This document shows, piece by piece, positions 62,045 through 64,000 of a stretch of 64,000 nucleotides of DNA. Position 1 is the stretch's first letter. Every line of letters starts with the position of its first letter. The position numbers and the translations under genes are program-made. Under the pieces are notes generated by a model. That model was not told where the DNA came from and did no database searches. It saw only the letters and a program-made list of their open reading frames with translations. Source of the DNA: Candidatus Woesearchaeota archaeon (GTDB lineage Archaea; Nanobdellota; Nanobdellia; Woesearchaeales; GW2011-AR4); contig JACOZN010000010.1 in NCBI GenBank assembly GCA_016181305.1, positions 32,001 through 96,000 on the forward strand, given 5' to 3'.

Positions 62045-63118
62045 TCAGCGCTGAACCTTTATATATTCTTCACCCCTTCTTGTTGTGTAGCTTTCAAAAT
62101 AGCCTATTACAATCCTGTAGTATTCTTCCCCGCTTTTCAGCGGAGTAACCTTTTCCAGGATGCCTGCTGCAACTATGCTTTCCCCCTTGAAAGCCTGCAG
62201 CATGAAATCCCTCGCGTATGTTACAACTTTCTTTACATTGACATCAGGACCCTGGATTACTCTTGCATTTTCCAGTTCATAGTAGCCCGGGCGCACAACT
62301 CCATTGTAATCATCCTTGACTTTTCCTTTTACGGTAGCCATTCCCATGGGGGTGTATTTTTCATCACCCCACTTGACGGATAATTCATCAGGATTCTCAA
62401 CGCCGAAAACCGAGACAACTGTCTCTCCAAAATAGACGTCAATAAATTTCCTCCTTGAATGCCAGATAAACTCGTCCTCTGAAATGAACAGTCCGGCATT
62501 GTAAGAGGCGAAGTATTTCTTCCACTCCTCAAGGCTTTTCCATCTCAGCCACGGGTGCTTTGCATTTTGTATGAAATTTATATATTTCCAGTAATTATCC
62601 TTTCCAAAAACTATTATATCAATATCCGACCTTCCATAAGTATAAGTGCCAAGCAATGTGGAGTTGGTTACTCCCAAGTCAGAGGCTTTCAAGCCGCTTT
62701 CCAAAACTAAGCTTAAAAATCCATGCGCCCTCTTCATGTAATCGTCCATCTCAGAGCCTTTCATCGCAAGGATTCTTTTCACGCCGTCTTTTGGATTGGG
62801 AAGCTTTGCTATCTTGTTTCTTGGAACCCCCATAAACCACGTTTTATGCAGTGGGCTGTCATACATGTAGTCCGGGTACGCTTTTCTGAAGTCATCTATG
62901 TACGACTTCAGCCTTTTCTCGTCAACTGCCCAATAGTCAAACCTTCTCACGTCGCTGCCATGTATGTTTCTTTCCTGGAATCCCGAGCAGTCTATCTTAT
63001 GCCTTGGAATGTATTTTGGCTTTGCTATCACAAAGCCGTCAGGATGGTCGTTTGCATAGCTCTTCAGCTGCAGTCCATCATCGCTCCACATTATCATGGA
63101 CTCGTAAAAGTGCGTCAT
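62045..63118 (-). CDS. Predicted archaeal Pol-beta-superfamily nucleotidyltransferase (COG1665-like)
   Basis: 'HPDGFVIAKPKYIP', 'GVTNSTLLG...SDIDIIVFG' (G-S...DxD), C-terminal OB-like 'QAFKGESIVAAGILEKV'. Confidence 0.7.
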   Translation of the reverse strand: MTHFYESMIMWSDDGLQLKSYANDHPDGFVIAKPKYIPRHKIDCSGFQERNIHGSDVRRFDYWAVDEKRLKSYIDDFRKAYPDYMYDSPLHKTWFMGVPRNKIAKLPNPKDGVKRILAMKGSEMDDYMKRAHGFLSLVLESGLKASDLGVTNSTLLGTYTYGRSDIDIIVFGKDNYWKYINFIQNAKHPWLRWKSLEEWKKYFASYNAGLFISEDEFIWHSRRKFIDVYFGETVVSVFGVENPDELSVKWGDEKYTPMGMATVKGKVKDDYNGVVRPGYYELENARVIQGPDVNVKKVVTYARDFMLQAFKGESIVAAGILEKVTPLKSGEEYYRIVIGYFESYTTRRGEEYIKVQR

Positions 63119-63999
63119 TTTGCCTCCTGTGAATTTGCTACAAATTTGCTTTTACCCATATATTCCAGAAACTCCCTTACATTGTGAATTTCAAGAAGGT
63201 TTGTCCTTTTTGACTTGCTGTGGAAGATGGACGCTATTATGGCTATCTGGTCCGTTTTTCCTATAAATCCCTTTTTTAGCGCCTTCATAATGACTTTCTT
63301 TTTGTCGTTGTTTGATATGTCATCAGTGTCCATATCAACATGCAGCGGGCATATGCCCCATAACAGATGAAGCTGCCTGAAAATTTTCATTCTTGAGGTT
63401 GCCGCTATGGTTTTGCATTTCAGCCTTTTGCCCGATATCATCCTTGCAGAATACCCCCCCGATGTCATTATAAGCAAGGCGTCTATGCACAAAATCTTCT
63501 CCAGCTCTGAAACTGCATCGCCTATGAATCTCGTCAAGTCATGGCTTGCGCTCCTGGAAGCTTCTTCAACTGCAATCTCAGCATTCTTTATAATTCTGGA
63601 AAGTGTTTCGACTGATTTGAGCGGGAATTTCCCAGCTGAGGTTTCATCCGACAGCATTATGCAGGATGCACCTTCAATAACGGCATTTGAAATGTCGTAT
63701 ACCTCCGGCTGCATCAATGGTTCTCCTGAAACCGAGGAGTTAAGAATATTGCCCGATATTATGACGGGCTTTCCATAAGCGCTGCACTTATTGATGACTT
63801 CTTTCTGGAATTTCGGTAGGGCTTCAATGCCAGCGCCTGCAAAACTGCTCCTGTCGAAAACAATTCCGTAAGCCTCATCAATTATCTCTTGATTATTTTT
63901 CAGCGATTTCCTGCCAATTTTTGCTATTACCTTGATTTTGTCGCCTATGACTTGACTTATATCGCTATAGCCCAGAAGCCTGCTGACTTGGCGTATGTC
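63115..63999 (-). CDS. pyk: Pyruvate kinase-like protein, C-terminal part, with degenerate active-site motifs (5' end outside the window)
   Basis: The frame is open to the window edge. Manual translation gives 'KVIAKIG...GIVFDRSSF...FQKEVINKC..YGKPVIISGNILNS...DISNAVIEGASCIMLSDETSAGKFP', followed by a PK C-terminal domain. Confidence 0.78.
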   Translation of the reverse strand, partial: DIRQVSRLLGYSDISQVIGDKIKVIAKIGRKSLKNNQEIIDEAYGIVFDRSSFAGAGIEALPKFQKEVINKCSAYGKPVIISGNILNSSVSGEPLMQPEVYDISNAVIEGASCIMLSDETSAGKFPLKSVETLSRIIKNAEIAVEEASRSASHDLTRFIGDAVSELEKILCIDALLIMTSGGYSARMISGKRLKCKTIAATSRMKIFRQLHLLWGICPLHVDMDTDDISNNDKKKVIMKALKKGFIGKTDQIAIIASIFHSKSKRTNLLEIHNVREFLEYMGKSKFVANSQEAK

Positions 64000-64000
64000 C

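Noticed and set aside
461-63778. Numerous 60-190-aa ORFs in the track that overlap longer genes
   Set aside because: They are antisense or alternate-frame shadows of motif-supported genes and have no recognisable motifs.
1-64000. rRNA, tRNA or CRISPR arrays
   Set aside because: No tRNA arms, rRNA-like stretches or regularly spaced repeats were seen, and intergenic gaps are at most about 250 bp.

Overview
This window is a gene-dense, almost entirely coding segment of an archaeal genome. Archaeal origin is supported by BRE/TATA promoters about 25-30 bp upstream of start codons and by an archaeal/eukaryote-type ProRS. A DPANN/Woesearchaeota-like host is an inference from the style of the surface and HTH proteins. 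About 57 kb is one large cell-surface glycosylation cluster: GT2, GT4, GT9 and several multi-TM GT-C-like transferases, a Wzx flippase, many NDP-sugar epimerases/dehydrogenases, WecB, a DegT aminotransferase, five methyltransferases, AsnB, FkbH and an AAC(3)-family acyltransferase. Highlights: (1) A Campylobacter Cj1416/Cj1417/Cj1418-like phosphoramidate (P-N bond) operon whose kinase carries extra AbrB-like and HxGH cytidylyltransferase domains, next to a TagF-like transferase. (2) An uncharacterised NTP-transferase/kinase + GatZ-like + cupin module. (3) A right-hand co-directional run containing a pyruvate kinase-like protein that has lost its catalytic metal ligands, a COG1665-like nucleotidyltransferase, a ProRS with an intact catalytic core but an eroded anticodon-binding motif, a PHP hydrolase and two Thr-type sulfatase-fold enzymes. 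(4) Two mobile elements visible only in the DNA: a 1960-bp non-autonomous IS6-like cargo element (13-bp TIRs, exact 8-bp TSD, transposase relic) and a 162-bp MITE-like palindrome, both sitting between back-to-back promoters. No rRNA, tRNA or CRISPR array was seen. All family assignments come from motif recognition by eye; no database search was run.
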